A stretch of DNA of 64,000 bases. It comes from a virus. The notes under the pieces were generated by a model. It did not search any database, had not been told where the DNA came from, and worked only from the letters and a program-made list of their open reading frames with translations. The stretch lies in the IMG/VR virus record IMGVR_UViG_3300021138_002231, positions 1 to 64,000 of that record. One strand, 5' to 3'. The position numbers and the translations under genes were made by a program. Below are positions 1 through 8,088 of the stretch, in pieces. Every line of letters starts with the position of its first letter. Positions within the stretch are counted from its first letter, which is position 1.

Positions 1-97
1 TCAATGTACAGTCAGCTTTCGCTGACACTCTTTTTATACAAGAAATTTATAAAGAATTTCTAGAATTCATTAGATTTTTAAGAACAGTTTTCTCACC
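1..97 (-). mobile_element. Probable left end of an IS607-like element that runs off the window edge
   Basis: Minus strand reads AGGG|TGAGAAAACTGTTCTTAAAAATCT, similar to the left end TGGG|TGAAATAACAATTCCTTAAAATCT of the tnpB element at 25485. It is followed by ~10-bp-phased repeats (AAATCTA, AATTCTA, AATTCTT, ATTTCTT). The host ORF stops shortly after the junction. Confidence 0.55.
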
Positions 98-460
98 CTG
101 AATAAATCCTAAACTTTTCTTTATTAAAGCTATAGTCAAGAATTCATCCCTATGATCATAAATGCTTTGCCAATATTTAGTATTAACAAGCATTTCAGAT
201 TGTTCAACAAAGAGTGTTTCCACCCAATAAGACGATCCTACATGTAAATGTTTTACAAAAACATTTATTGGCACGTATGATTCATCTTCAACTGTATTTC
301 TAAAATGCTCGATGTTATTTAATCCTATCATAAATTCTGGATAAGGAATAAATGCACCAAGTTTATCATAGTCAGATTCAGGAGTATTTAAACCATACGC
401 ATGACTGCCGCCAACAACTTGAAATATCAAATTTTCGCGTACCATTTTTTCAATATTCAT
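47..460 (-). CDS. Nucleotidyltransferase (Pol-beta superfamily, YcgL/NrdC.11-like), N-terminal part, probably interrupted after codon ~122
   Basis: GSHAYGLNTPESDYD signature and strong SD AAAGGAGG. Short for the family, and the last ~15 aa come from the putative IS end. Confidence 0.75.
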   Translation of the reverse strand: MNIEKMVRENLIFQVVGGSHAYGLNTPESDYDKLGAFIPYPEFMIGLNNIEHFRNTVEDESYVPINVFVKHLHVGSSYWVETLFVEQSEMLVNTKYWQSIYDHRDEFLTIALIKKSLGFIQGEKTVLKNLMNSRNSL

Positions 461-484
461 AACGTTTTCCTCCTTTCACGATCT

Positions 485-513
485 ATTATACATTCTACGC
501 GAAAAAATGTCAA
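485..513 (-). promoter_or_regulatory. Consensus sigma70/sigmaA promoter
   Basis: Minus strand TTGACA-N17-TATAAT directly upstream of the nucleotidyltransferase SD. Confidence 0.85.
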
Positions 514-520
514 ATAGTTT

Positions 521-556
521 ATAAGAAAAGGGAAGATTTCTCTTCCCTTTTCTTAT
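521..556 (-). terminator. Hairpin / likely intrinsic terminator
   Basis: Perfect 16-bp inverted repeat ATAAGAAAAGGGAAGA-TTTC-TCTTCCCTTTTCTTAT at the stop of ORF 553-1278. Confidence 0.7.
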
Positions 557-1278
557 TTCAACTTAAAATCAATATTTGTTTTAGGAGGAGGAGCAGCTAC
601 ACTATGCGTCACATGATCATTAGACGGAAAATAATCAATTTTAATAATTCCGAATTGCAATAGCATACCGATAAATACAACAATTGAACTTATTGTGGCT
701 AAAATTATGCCAACTTTTCTAGTACCATCTTTCCAGCCTTGCCGATCTTTATTAAATCCTTCATTATGGTTAATGATTTGATTAATTTTGGTATTTGTTT
801 CATTTGTTAAAACTTCTTTAATGGACTTTAAATGATTATTAACATCTTTAGAATTGCTATTATGTGACTCTAGAACTTTATATAGTGTTCCATGTTGTTT
901 ATCTAATTTTTCGATTATATCGGAAACATTTTCGTCTGTTTTTTCTTTGAGCCTTTCAATTTCTCCGCCTAAATGAGAAAGCACAGAATTGTAATCTTCT
1001 AATTGATCTACAATATAAGCATTGCGCTCTTTACTCAATTCTACATGTCCTTTAAATTGTTCATGAAGAATGATAAGTTTTTGTATAGCATCCTGTAGCA
1101 CATCATCATGCACAGAATTTAAAGTAACAGACATATCTTTTAATTGATCGATGATTTTAGCTAAAGCATTAGTAAAATCAATGTAAGCTTCCGTCTGAGC
1201 ATTATAAGCTTCCGTCTGAGCAGCAATACGTTCAGATAAAGCCACAAAATCTAATTTATTATTATCAAAATCGCTCAT
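553..1278 (-). CDS. Hypothetical coiled-coil protein with C-terminal transmembrane helix
   Basis: Heptad-rich body and hydrophobic VGIILATISSIVVFIGMLLQFGII segment. Confidence 0.7.
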   Translation of the reverse strand: MSDFDNNKLDFVALSERIAAQTEAYNAQTEAYIDFTNALAKIIDQLKDMSVTLNSVHDDVLQDAIQKLIILHEQFKGHVELSKERNAYIVDQLEDYNSVLSHLGGEIERLKEKTDENVSDIIEKLDKQHGTLYKVLESHNSNSKDVNNHLKSIKEVLTNETNTKINQIINHNEGFNKDRQGWKDGTRKVGIILATISSIVVFIGMLLQFGIIKIDYFPSNDHVTHSVAAPPPKTNIDFKLK

Positions 1279-1324
1279 ATTATAAACACCTTAAGCTCTG
1301 TATATTTTAGTATACAGAGCTTAA

Positions 1325-1350
1325 ATACTAGATTTTGGAGATAAATTCCT
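1325..1350 (-). promoter_or_regulatory. Sigma-H-like promoter AGG-N19-GTAT, followed by a 14-bp hairpin (1291-1324)
   Basis: One of about 14 fixed-spacing copies in the window. Confidence 0.6.
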
Positions 1351-1702
1351 AGTTAATTTGTAATTGTTGGACGGCTAATCGCAATTTTTTAGTAGATTCT
1401 CTTAATTTATTAACAATTTCATCATCTTGTTTAATTTCTATAAGAAAATAATCAGTCCCATGATTAATTGCCCTTTTAGAAACTATCAGTTTTTTGCCTT
1501 GAAAAGTAATATTGTAATTTCTAGTATTGCATGCTTTAATTGCTGTTTGAATTAATGTTTCTTTGTCATCTGCTCGCCTAATATATTCATTAACGCAAAC
1601 AGCGCCTGATTTGTCTGCAATTATAGCAGGATAATCAAATGTATCCAATAATCCCTCTAGTACTAACATTGGGTTTTCTGTAATTTTAAGTCCAGCATTC
1701 AT
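1349..1702 (-). CDS. Small hypothetical protein, possibly PAS-like
   Basis: LLDTFDYPAIIADKSG..VCVN resembles the start of a PAS fold; C-terminal helix. Confidence 0.5.
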   Translation of the reverse strand: MNAGLKITENPMLVLEGLLDTFDYPAIIADKSGAVCVNEYIRRADDKETLIQTAIKACNTRNYNITFQGKKLIVSKRAINHGTDYFLIEIKQDDEIVNKLRESTKKLRLAVQQLQIN

Positions 1703-1711
1703 ATTTTATCC

Positions 1712-2635
1712 TCAATCTTTATCTCCAAAAACTCGTTTATAATAATATTCAAAAGCCTTTACACTTTCATCATCTTCCATAACTAAAAAGATATTCTTCA
1801 AATGAAAAATATCTGTTGTTCGTAAGAACGTTTTAATTGTAGCTAATTGAATTGAAGCAGTATAATGTATATCATACGTACCACAATCACAAGGAATCAT
1901 TACAATAGATTGTGCCCCTTGTGCCTCAGCCCACAATAAACCTTTTCTTACAGATGATCTTATATCATTTTCATTAACTAAACGACTTGCACCTGCAACA
2001 ACTGCATGCAAAATTCTATTTGATTTAACAACACTTTCTGGTCCCCCATTGCTGGTGGGATAAACATGCCCCATTTGAATAGGCCGAGGGATTTTGTCAC
2101 ATTCTTCTTGAACCATGCCACGAGACATTCGATTTAGTTGAGCATCATCTATGGTCAAAAGATTATTTGTAGGATAAAATAATACATCAGATTTAACTAA
2201 ATAAGGATTATCTAATTTGTGAATAGATATTTTTACTGGATATTCTTCTTCCTCTTCTTCTGAATCATCACTTTCTTCTTCCTCTTCTTCTGAATCATCA
2301 CTTTCTTCAGATTCTTCAGATTCTTCTTCAAAAGGATCATAATTATCGGCTGCACCAATAACAACAACTTCTTCCTCTTCCTCTTCTTCTGAATCTAAAT
2401 CCCAAAGTAAAGGAATAATCGAACAATTATCGTATTCGCCTTTACAATCAATATCCCAAAGATCGGTATCGTAATCTTCGTTATTTTTGACTAAAGCCGT
2501 TGCAACAGGAGCGGAGAGTGTTTGTTTGATAAAGCATCCTTGATTACCCTTAATGTCTGTAACATAGAATGGGCAATCGCATGCTTGATCAATAGATTGC
2601 TTTAAAATTTTTTTTAACATAATAGCCGTAGCCAT
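1712..2635 (-). CDS. Protein with Cys-rich N-terminus, acidic linker and divergent C-terminal macrodomain
   Basis: SDVLFYPTN...G.VYPT..G....RILHAV...SIVMIP..CG..D...IFLV follows macrodomain topology. Confidence 0.65.
   Translation of the reverse strand: MATAIMLKKILKQSIDQACDCPFYVTDIKGNQGCFIKQTLSAPVATALVKNNEDYDTDLWDIDCKGEYDNCSIIPLLWDLDSEEEEEEEVVVIGAADNYDPFEEESEESEESDDSEEEEEESDDSEEEEEEYPVKISIHKLDNPYLVKSDVLFYPTNNLLTIDDAQLNRMSRGMVQEECDKIPRPIQMGHVYPTSNGGPESVVKSNRILHAVVAGASRLVNENDIRSSVRKGLLWAEAQGAQSIVMIPCDCGTYDIHYTASIQLATIKTFLRTTDIFHLKNIFLVMEDDESVKAFEYYYKRVFGDKD
2243..2308. repeat. 30-bp tandem repeat (2.2 copies) encoding the Ser/Asp/Glu unit SDDSEEEEEE
   Basis: ttcttcttcctcttcttctgaatcatcact x2. 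Confidence 0.85.
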
Positions 2636-2658
2636 CCTTTTTATTTTTGATGGTTTAT

Positions 2659-3222
2659 TTATACAGAATTCAATTTTGCAATGTATTTTGCATAATTATC
2701 AGCCAAATTTTGTATATCTGAAGGCAATTCAGAAGTCTCAGAATTAGGCAACATCGATGGAAGTTTATTGAAAGTTTGCAGATATTCACGCGCTTGTTCA
2801 GATAGTTTTTTAGCAACTTCTGGCTTTATGCCTGGATAATGATCCAGAAATTCAATATACGAATTTAATCTTGCTGATTGTTGATTATACCAATTTTGAA
2901 CTTCTGGAGTTCTCTCCCATTCATACAATTCTTTTGCATAATCATCAGCGCTCATACCAGGTTGAAATGCTGGAACTTCTAATGGATTTTCTGGCCCATT
3001 GGCACTTAAAAAAGAAGAGTATAAAGGATTGACAGTTAAACCCATACCCTGCTGTCCTAAAGCAGTATCTTTTAATATTCCTGGAGATGTTAAATATGAG
3101 CTTCCAGGAATAGCATTTAATGCGGTTAAATCAGTCGCTAATTTAACAAATTTATCAATTGTATCTGCAATCTCATATTTACCCGCTTGATCATAAGCCT
3201 GAGCAATTTTAATATGGTTCAT
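2659..3222 (-). CDS. Hypothetical protein with N-terminal DQxGxYxxAD module
   Basis: MNHIKIAQAYDQAGKYEIADTIDKFVKLA; overlaps the upstream ORF as in an operon. Confidence 0.75.
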   Translation of the reverse strand: MNHIKIAQAYDQAGKYEIADTIDKFVKLATDLTALNAIPGSSYLTSPGILKDTALGQQGMGLTVNPLYSSFLSANGPENPLEVPAFQPGMSADDYAKELYEWERTPEVQNWYNQQSARLNSYIEFLDHYPGIKPEVAKKLSEQAREYLQTFNKLPSMLPNSETSELPSDIQNLADNYAKYIAKLNSV

Positions 3223-4408
3223 TATTTACTCCACTTTGATTTTCTTGTTCTAAATGATTAAACACTTGATTTGAACTTGTTATAATTGAATTAAGATAAT
3301 CTGTTATAGCTTTTTCCAGCCCAACCGTATTATTTGTGCCATATTCTTGCATCAATGGCAAAATACCTTGATGAAATAAATCATCAATGGAATATGGTAT
3401 ATTTTCCTCATTTAGAATTTGAACTTCTGCTAATTTTTGGAATGAATTTTCATTTGATCCTCTAATTACACTTGGGTCCGTAGTCCCAATTCCCGCAGGT
3501 AAATTGGAAGTATCACTGCTAGTATCTGGAATTTGATAATTTCCTGGTAAACCGCCCAAATTTCCAAAATTACCTTGATTTGTAATGCCGCCATGTGATG
3601 CTGAAGGCATCGTTACGCCAGAAGAATTAGATTGCATTTTTGAGTTAATTTGTTGAAATTGTTGCTCTGTGCCCTCATTAATATTTGAATGAGTAAATGC
3701 TTGAAACCCTTTTAATGGTAAATAAGCAGATGGGATTAACACTGCTGCTCTAGCTAGAAAAACTACTGTTGATAGAGTTCTTTTACTGGCTGCTCCTCTA
3801 ATAACATCTTGTGAAAGTTCTTTCAAAGCTTGATTGAAACTATCAATGCCATCTTGCGTAAGAACGACTCCAACGTTGCCCTGTAAAAACTTTTCTATAC
3901 TCATTTCTTCAATAGCTTTAGTATTACTATTTGCAACTTTAAGTGTTGCCTGTTTAAATTTTTCTACAGCTTGTGATTTATCACGATCAAGAAAACCCAT
4001 GCCTTTAATTAAGGCATTTTTTAAAAAGCTGGCTCGACCACCTGGCGTTAGTTGTGTTAAGTCTGTTAATATTTTATTTAAATCTGTGTCTGAAGGATTA
4101 GAACCCAATTGTAAATATCTTCTTCGCGCCAATATGCCCTGCATGCCAGGTAAATTGTTTAATATATTTTCAACTTCTTGTCTTTTTGTATTTTTTAATT
4201 CAGAGGGCAAAGCTCCAGGATTTAAAGATATGGGCATATTATTCATGGGAATTTTTTTAAATCGCTTAAAAAAACCGCCAAATTGTGCTTCTGAAATTCG
4301 AGGGCCTTCATATCCATCAAAATAAAAATCATTAGAATTATCACTTGAAGCAATTCTATTAAACTTATTATCAACTCTTTCGAACTTATCAGACATAATC
4401 TTCTCCAA
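3209..4408 (-). CDS. Hypothetical protein with one hydrophobic segment (start may be 4396)
   Basis: 399-aa ORF, KFNRIA motif near the N-terminus. Confidence 0.75.
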   Translation of the reverse strand: MEKIMSDKFERVDNKFNRIASSDNSNDFYFDGYEGPRISEAQFGGFFKRFKKIPMNNMPISLNPGALPSELKNTKRQEVENILNNLPGMQGILARRRYLQLGSNPSDTDLNKILTDLTQLTPGGRASFLKNALIKGMGFLDRDKSQAVEKFKQATLKVANSNTKAIEEMSIEKFLQGNVGVVLTQDGIDSFNQALKELSQDVIRGAASKRTLSTVVFLARAAVLIPSAYLPLKGFQAFTHSNINEGTEQQFQQINSKMQSNSSGVTMPSASHGGITNQGNFGNLGGLPGNYQIPDTSSDTSNLPAGIGTTDPSVIRGSNENSFQKLAEVQILNEENIPYSIDDLFHQGILPLMQEYGTNNTVGLEKAITDYLNSIITSSNQVFNHLEQENQSGVNNEPY

Positions 4409-4424
4409 TATGCATATATTCTAT

Positions 4425-5834
4425 TTACAATTCCACCACACCTTTGTATTCAATGTCGATTTGTTTTTTAAGAGATTCATATTTATATTCGCTTGGATTG
4501 TTTATGCATTCTTTTGTTATAAGGATTCTTCCTTTATTCTCATTGATCATGCCACCCAATAATTCAAAAGCAGCTTTGGATACTGATTTGCTGATAATTG
4601 TATTTAATGCTCTAGCTCCCGTTGACATTGAATATGCTTTGTTTACAACTTCATCTATGAAATCATCATCAAATTCCAAGAGATATCCACATTCTGCAAA
4701 TAATTTAATTTCTCTTTGCATCGGAGAATGATTCAATTCTAAAAGACACATTCTTAACTCTTCTTTTGTTAATGGAGCTAAAGGCGCAATAACAGGAATT
4801 CTTCCTACAAGTTCAGTGGAAAGTCCATATTGTATCAAAGCTTGAATTAAAGTTTCAGTATCAGCCTTCGACAATATTTCATAAGTTCTTATAGCCTTTT
4901 CAAATTCTTGATTAGAATTATTTTGATTAAATCCTATTTTTGGGCCTGAATATCCGCTAATTTTAGCAACAATTTCTGACAATCCTGGGAATGCTCCACC
5001 TAAAAAGAAAAGAATTTTACTTGTATCAACCTGAATAAATGTTCCCTGGGGTTCTCCTAAAAGTTGTCCTGGCACTTTAACCTTTTTACCTTCAATAAGT
5101 TTTAATAATGATGATTGTGTTGCTATATTTAAAGCTTCTCCTCGATTACCTTGATTATAGTGTGTAGACATTTTATCAATTTCATCAATAAAAATTATAC
5201 CCTTTTCTGCTAAAGCAACATTCCCATTTGCTTTTAAAAGCAAATCTGAAATCATAGTATCAGCATCTGCTCCTTGATATCCAGTTGGGCTATAGCTTGT
5301 GGCGTCTACTGCAACAAATGGCAATTTTAAAGACTTGGCTATTGTATTGGCTATTAATGTTTTACCACTACCACTAGGCCCCAATAACAAAATTCCATGA
5401 CTATCTGATGCATTAGTATTTGATTTTCTTTTCAGGCTTCTTACGTGCTTAAAAACACTTAAACTAATTTGTGATTTAGCCAAATCTTGCCCTATAACAT
5501 TTGATTCTAAAGCATCGTATAATTCTCTTGGTGTTTGTTCTTTAATCTCTAAAATTTGATTTTTTTCTACTTGCCTTCTTGCATTTGGAACCAAAGTATA
5601 AAGCTTTTCTTTTAATTCATTGGCTGTTAAGTTTTCATCCATTTCACTAATGTAATTTACTAGTTTAGATGGTAATTCCATTTGACCTATCATAAGGCCA
5701 GTATAAAAAGCACGATGATGTTTTTGGCAAAGATAAAATTTTTTTCCTTGCAATACAACTGTTTTTCCTTGATCATTTGCTGCTTCTGAACAAATTAAAC
5801 AAACCTTATCATCTAAAGAATATATGTTAATCAT
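4425..5834 (-). CDS. clpX: ClpX-like AAA+ unfoldase
   Basis: N-terminal CxxC...CxxH zinc motif, VIGQD, Walker A GPSGSGKT, DAT..SPTGYQG, Walker B IFIDEIDK, IGF loop, ELVGRIP, TGARAL. Confidence 0.93.
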   Translation of the reverse strand: MINIYSLDDKVCLICSEAANDQGKTVVLQGKKFYLCQKHHRAFYTGLMIGQMELPSKLVNYISEMDENLTANELKEKLYTLVPNARRQVEKNQILEIKEQTPRELYDALESNVIGQDLAKSQISLSVFKHVRSLKRKSNTNASDSHGILLLGPSGSGKTLIANTIAKSLKLPFVAVDATSYSPTGYQGADADTMISDLLLKANGNVALAEKGIIFIDEIDKMSTHYNQGNRGEALNIATQSSLLKLIEGKKVKVPGQLLGEPQGTFIQVDTSKILFFLGGAFPGLSEIVAKISGYSGPKIGFNQNNSNQEFEKAIRTYEILSKADTETLIQALIQYGLSTELVGRIPVIAPLAPLTKEELRMCLLELNHSPMQREIKLFAECGYLLEFDDDFIDEVVNKAYSMSTGARALNTIISKSVSKAAFELLGGMINENKGRILITKECINNPSEYKYESLKKQIDIEYKGVVEL

Positions 5835-5847
5835 GTGTTTACCAAAT

Positions 5848-5880
5848 ATAAAAAGTCCAATATAATATTGGACTTTTTAT
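5848..5880. terminator. Hairpin / possible terminator
   Basis: 15-bp perfect inverted repeat ATAAAAAGTCCAATA-TAA-TATTGGACTTTTTAT. Confidence 0.6.
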
Positions 5881-5888
5881 ACAGTGGC

Positions 5889-6053
5889 TTATTTGGGATT
5901 TGAGTTTTCAATTTCTAATTGCTTCATTATTTGTAATTTTTCTTCATAAGAATAATTTTTCCAGTTCTTTATTTGGATAATTGTTCTTTTGCATCCTAAA
6001 CAAGTTTTATTATCATCTAATTGACATATTTTAATACATGGAGTTATATTCAT
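5889..6053 (-). CDS. DUF1289-family small Cys-rich (putative Fe-S) protein, 54 aa, not in the ORF track
   Basis: Manual translation MNITPCIKICQLDDNKTCLGCKRTIIQIKNWKNYSYEEKLQIMKQLEIENSNPK matches the PCxxxC...CxGCxRT..I..W pattern. Confidence 0.85.
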   Translation of the reverse strand: MNITPCIKICQLDDNKTCLGCKRTIIQIKNWKNYSYEEKLQIMKQLEIENSNPK

Positions 6054-7230
6054 TATCTGGTCCTTGAGTTAATGATTCAGCTTGTTGCAATGTTTGCATT
6101 AAATTATTTAATGCACTTTGATATTCAGGTGATGTTGCTTCCTGTGCCATATTTTGTTTCACAAAATCATTTGTAATTGATGATCCAGAAACTTCTTTAG
6201 ATTGCAATGCCGCATTCACATTATTTTGTGTTTGATCAATAGATTGTAAACTATAGTTTATTAACTTTTGTACTATTTCATAATATTTTTGAATATTAGG
6301 TTCATTATTTGTTAATTGCAATAGCATTTTAAATTGTTCATTAATATCATTGTAATTATCTTCAATGTTAGTTTTTTCGCCTCGCAAGCTATTCCCAAAA
6401 TCAAGTAATTTATCAGTTGCTATGCCTGCAAGCAAACCCACTCCACCACTTGCTAGTCCTGATGCGAGGCCACCGCCCCCGCTTGACAATAATTCGGGGG
6501 CTAATTTGGGCATTAAATCTTCAGATATTTGAGGAGCCGCTTGCGAAAGACCTTTAAGACCCACATTATATAATTGTTCTGCTCCTCTATTGGACAAATC
6601 ACCTTGTATTAAAGCTCCACCCATCCCTTTTGCAGTATCTGAAAAATCAAAATCATTATGATTATCCATTTTAGGCGATTTTGCTATTCTTATAAATTTA
6701 TTATTTTTATTAGCTAACAATTTGCTCGTACCAGGAGACAGAGATGCGTCTGTGGGTTCAGAAACATCATTAGATGCATCGGTTGATGGAGATGATTCTT
6801 TCTTTTGTATATTTTCATCTACGTATTGTTTAATTTCAGTGCCAATTCCTGTAAGATATTTTGCTAGAGTAGGATTGTGTTTATCCATTATTCCAGCGAT
6901 GGTATTTAATCTTTCTTGAATGTCTCCAGCTTGCCAAGAAGCTTTATCTTCGTTAGAACGTGTAGCATACCATAAATCTTTTAATCCATGTCCCACTAAA
7001 CCACTTAAACCGCCAATTATGGCCCCAGGAACCGCACCAGCCCCACCAGCGGGTAGAGTTGCTATAGCCCCGCCAGCGGCACCCGCTGCTGCATCTGTCA
7101 AAACATCATGTCCATATTCTCCAAGATTAAATTCGCCCATTGTTCCTGCTTCTCGGGTCATTTCACGAATTTCTTGCATAGTAGCAGAACGCACAGGTTG
7201 AATGCCTTGTTTTAAATATCTTTTTTCCAT
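6031..7230 (-). CDS. Hypothetical two-module protein with glycine-zipper hydrophobic segments
   Basis: AAAGAAGGAIATLPAGGAGAVPGAIIGGLSGLVG and GGGGLASGLASGGVGLLAG; internal duplication. Confidence 0.75.
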   Translation of the reverse strand: MEKRYLKQGIQPVRSATMQEIREMTREAGTMGEFNLGEYGHDVLTDAAAGAAGGAIATLPAGGAGAVPGAIIGGLSGLVGHGLKDLWYATRSNEDKASWQAGDIQERLNTIAGIMDKHNPTLAKYLTGIGTEIKQYVDENIQKKESSPSTDASNDVSEPTDASLSPGTSKLLANKNNKFIRIAKSPKMDNHNDFDFSDTAKGMGGALIQGDLSNRGAEQLYNVGLKGLSQAAPQISEDLMPKLAPELLSSGGGGLASGLASGGVGLLAGIATDKLLDFGNSLRGEKTNIEDNYNDINEQFKMLLQLTNNEPNIQKYYEIVQKLINYSLQSIDQTQNNVNAALQSKEVSGSSITNDFVKQNMAQEATSPEYQSALNNLMQTLQQAESLTQGPDNEYNSMY

Positions 7231-8009
7231 TATCTCACCTTTAAATATTTGTGTTTACCAGGAACAATTTCAGATTGTAGTACAGCATTAGGATTAATTC
7301 TACGAAGTAGCCATCCCACATTGTGAGTTAAATCGCCTTCGCGCATTTTTTCTCTCATTTTTGGATCAGCCTCTTCATAAGTAGGATCAAACATAGAACG
7401 AATCAAATGAGGGTCAAACATTTTTGCATATGGAGCATCATTTTCAGAAAAAGTGAGCATTTTTTCCAATCTAGGATCAGCAATTAAAGTTCGCTCATAA
7501 TTCTCACTATTTGTAGATGGAGAAATAATTTTAAATGTACGTCGTTTTGTTCCTCCATGTGTGGCTTTGTTAAGCTGATTTAAGAAATTTTCTTTATTAA
7601 TTTGTTGTTGCTCGGGTGTTAAGAATAAATTAGCGACATCTGTTGATCGTAATTTGACACCTTTGGGATAATGAATCTTATATTGACCCCAATTACCCTC
7701 TGATTCTTTAGCTTTTTTATTTGCTGCTTGATAATCTATTAATTGTTGAAGTTCATTATGAAATTCAGGATTGTAATGTCTGATATTATTCACCACATCA
7801 GGATTTCTTAAATCCAAAACATTTTCTTGTAATTCGGGATAAATGATTTTTGGATCAAATAAAATAGGATCAACAGGATCATTGTCTTCATCTTCTTCCC
7901 ACAATTCATTTTCGGCATATTTTAACATGACAGATGTTAATTGATCTGCCTCTCTAAACATACCATTTTGATCTAACCATAACGCGGCTTGTGCTAATTT
8001 TTCTAACAT
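7230..8009 (-). CDS. Hypothetical protein with N-terminal LDQxGxFxxAD module
   Basis: MLEKLAQAALWLDQNGMFREADQLTSVMLKYAE; SD GGAG upstream. Confidence 0.75.
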   Translation of the reverse strand: MLEKLAQAALWLDQNGMFREADQLTSVMLKYAENELWEEDEDNDPVDPILFDPKIIYPELQENVLDLRNPDVVNNIRHYNPEFHNELQQLIDYQAANKKAKESEGNWGQYKIHYPKGVKLRSTDVANLFLTPEQQQINKENFLNQLNKATHGGTKRRTFKIISPSTNSENYERTLIADPRLEKMLTFSENDAPYAKMFDPHLIRSMFDPTYEEADPKMREKMREGDLTHNVGWLLRRINPNAVLQSEIVPGKHKYLKVR

Positions 8010-8061
8010 TCATGATCTCCAAATAAATAAAGATGATGAAAAATCTTCATCATCTTTATTT

Positions 8062-8088
8062 ATACTGTTTTAACGATCCTTAAACCTT
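8062..8088 (-). promoter_or_regulatory. Sigma-H-like promoter AAGG-N19-GTAT overlapping an 18-bp hairpin (8023-8063)
   Basis: Fixed-spacing motif; perfect inverted repeat ATAAATAAAGATGATGAA-N5-TTCATCATCTTTATTTAT. Confidence 0.6.

Noticed and set aside
1184-1222. 21-bp-period duplication encoding AQTEAY twice
   Set aside because: Ordinary heptad duplication in a coiled coil.
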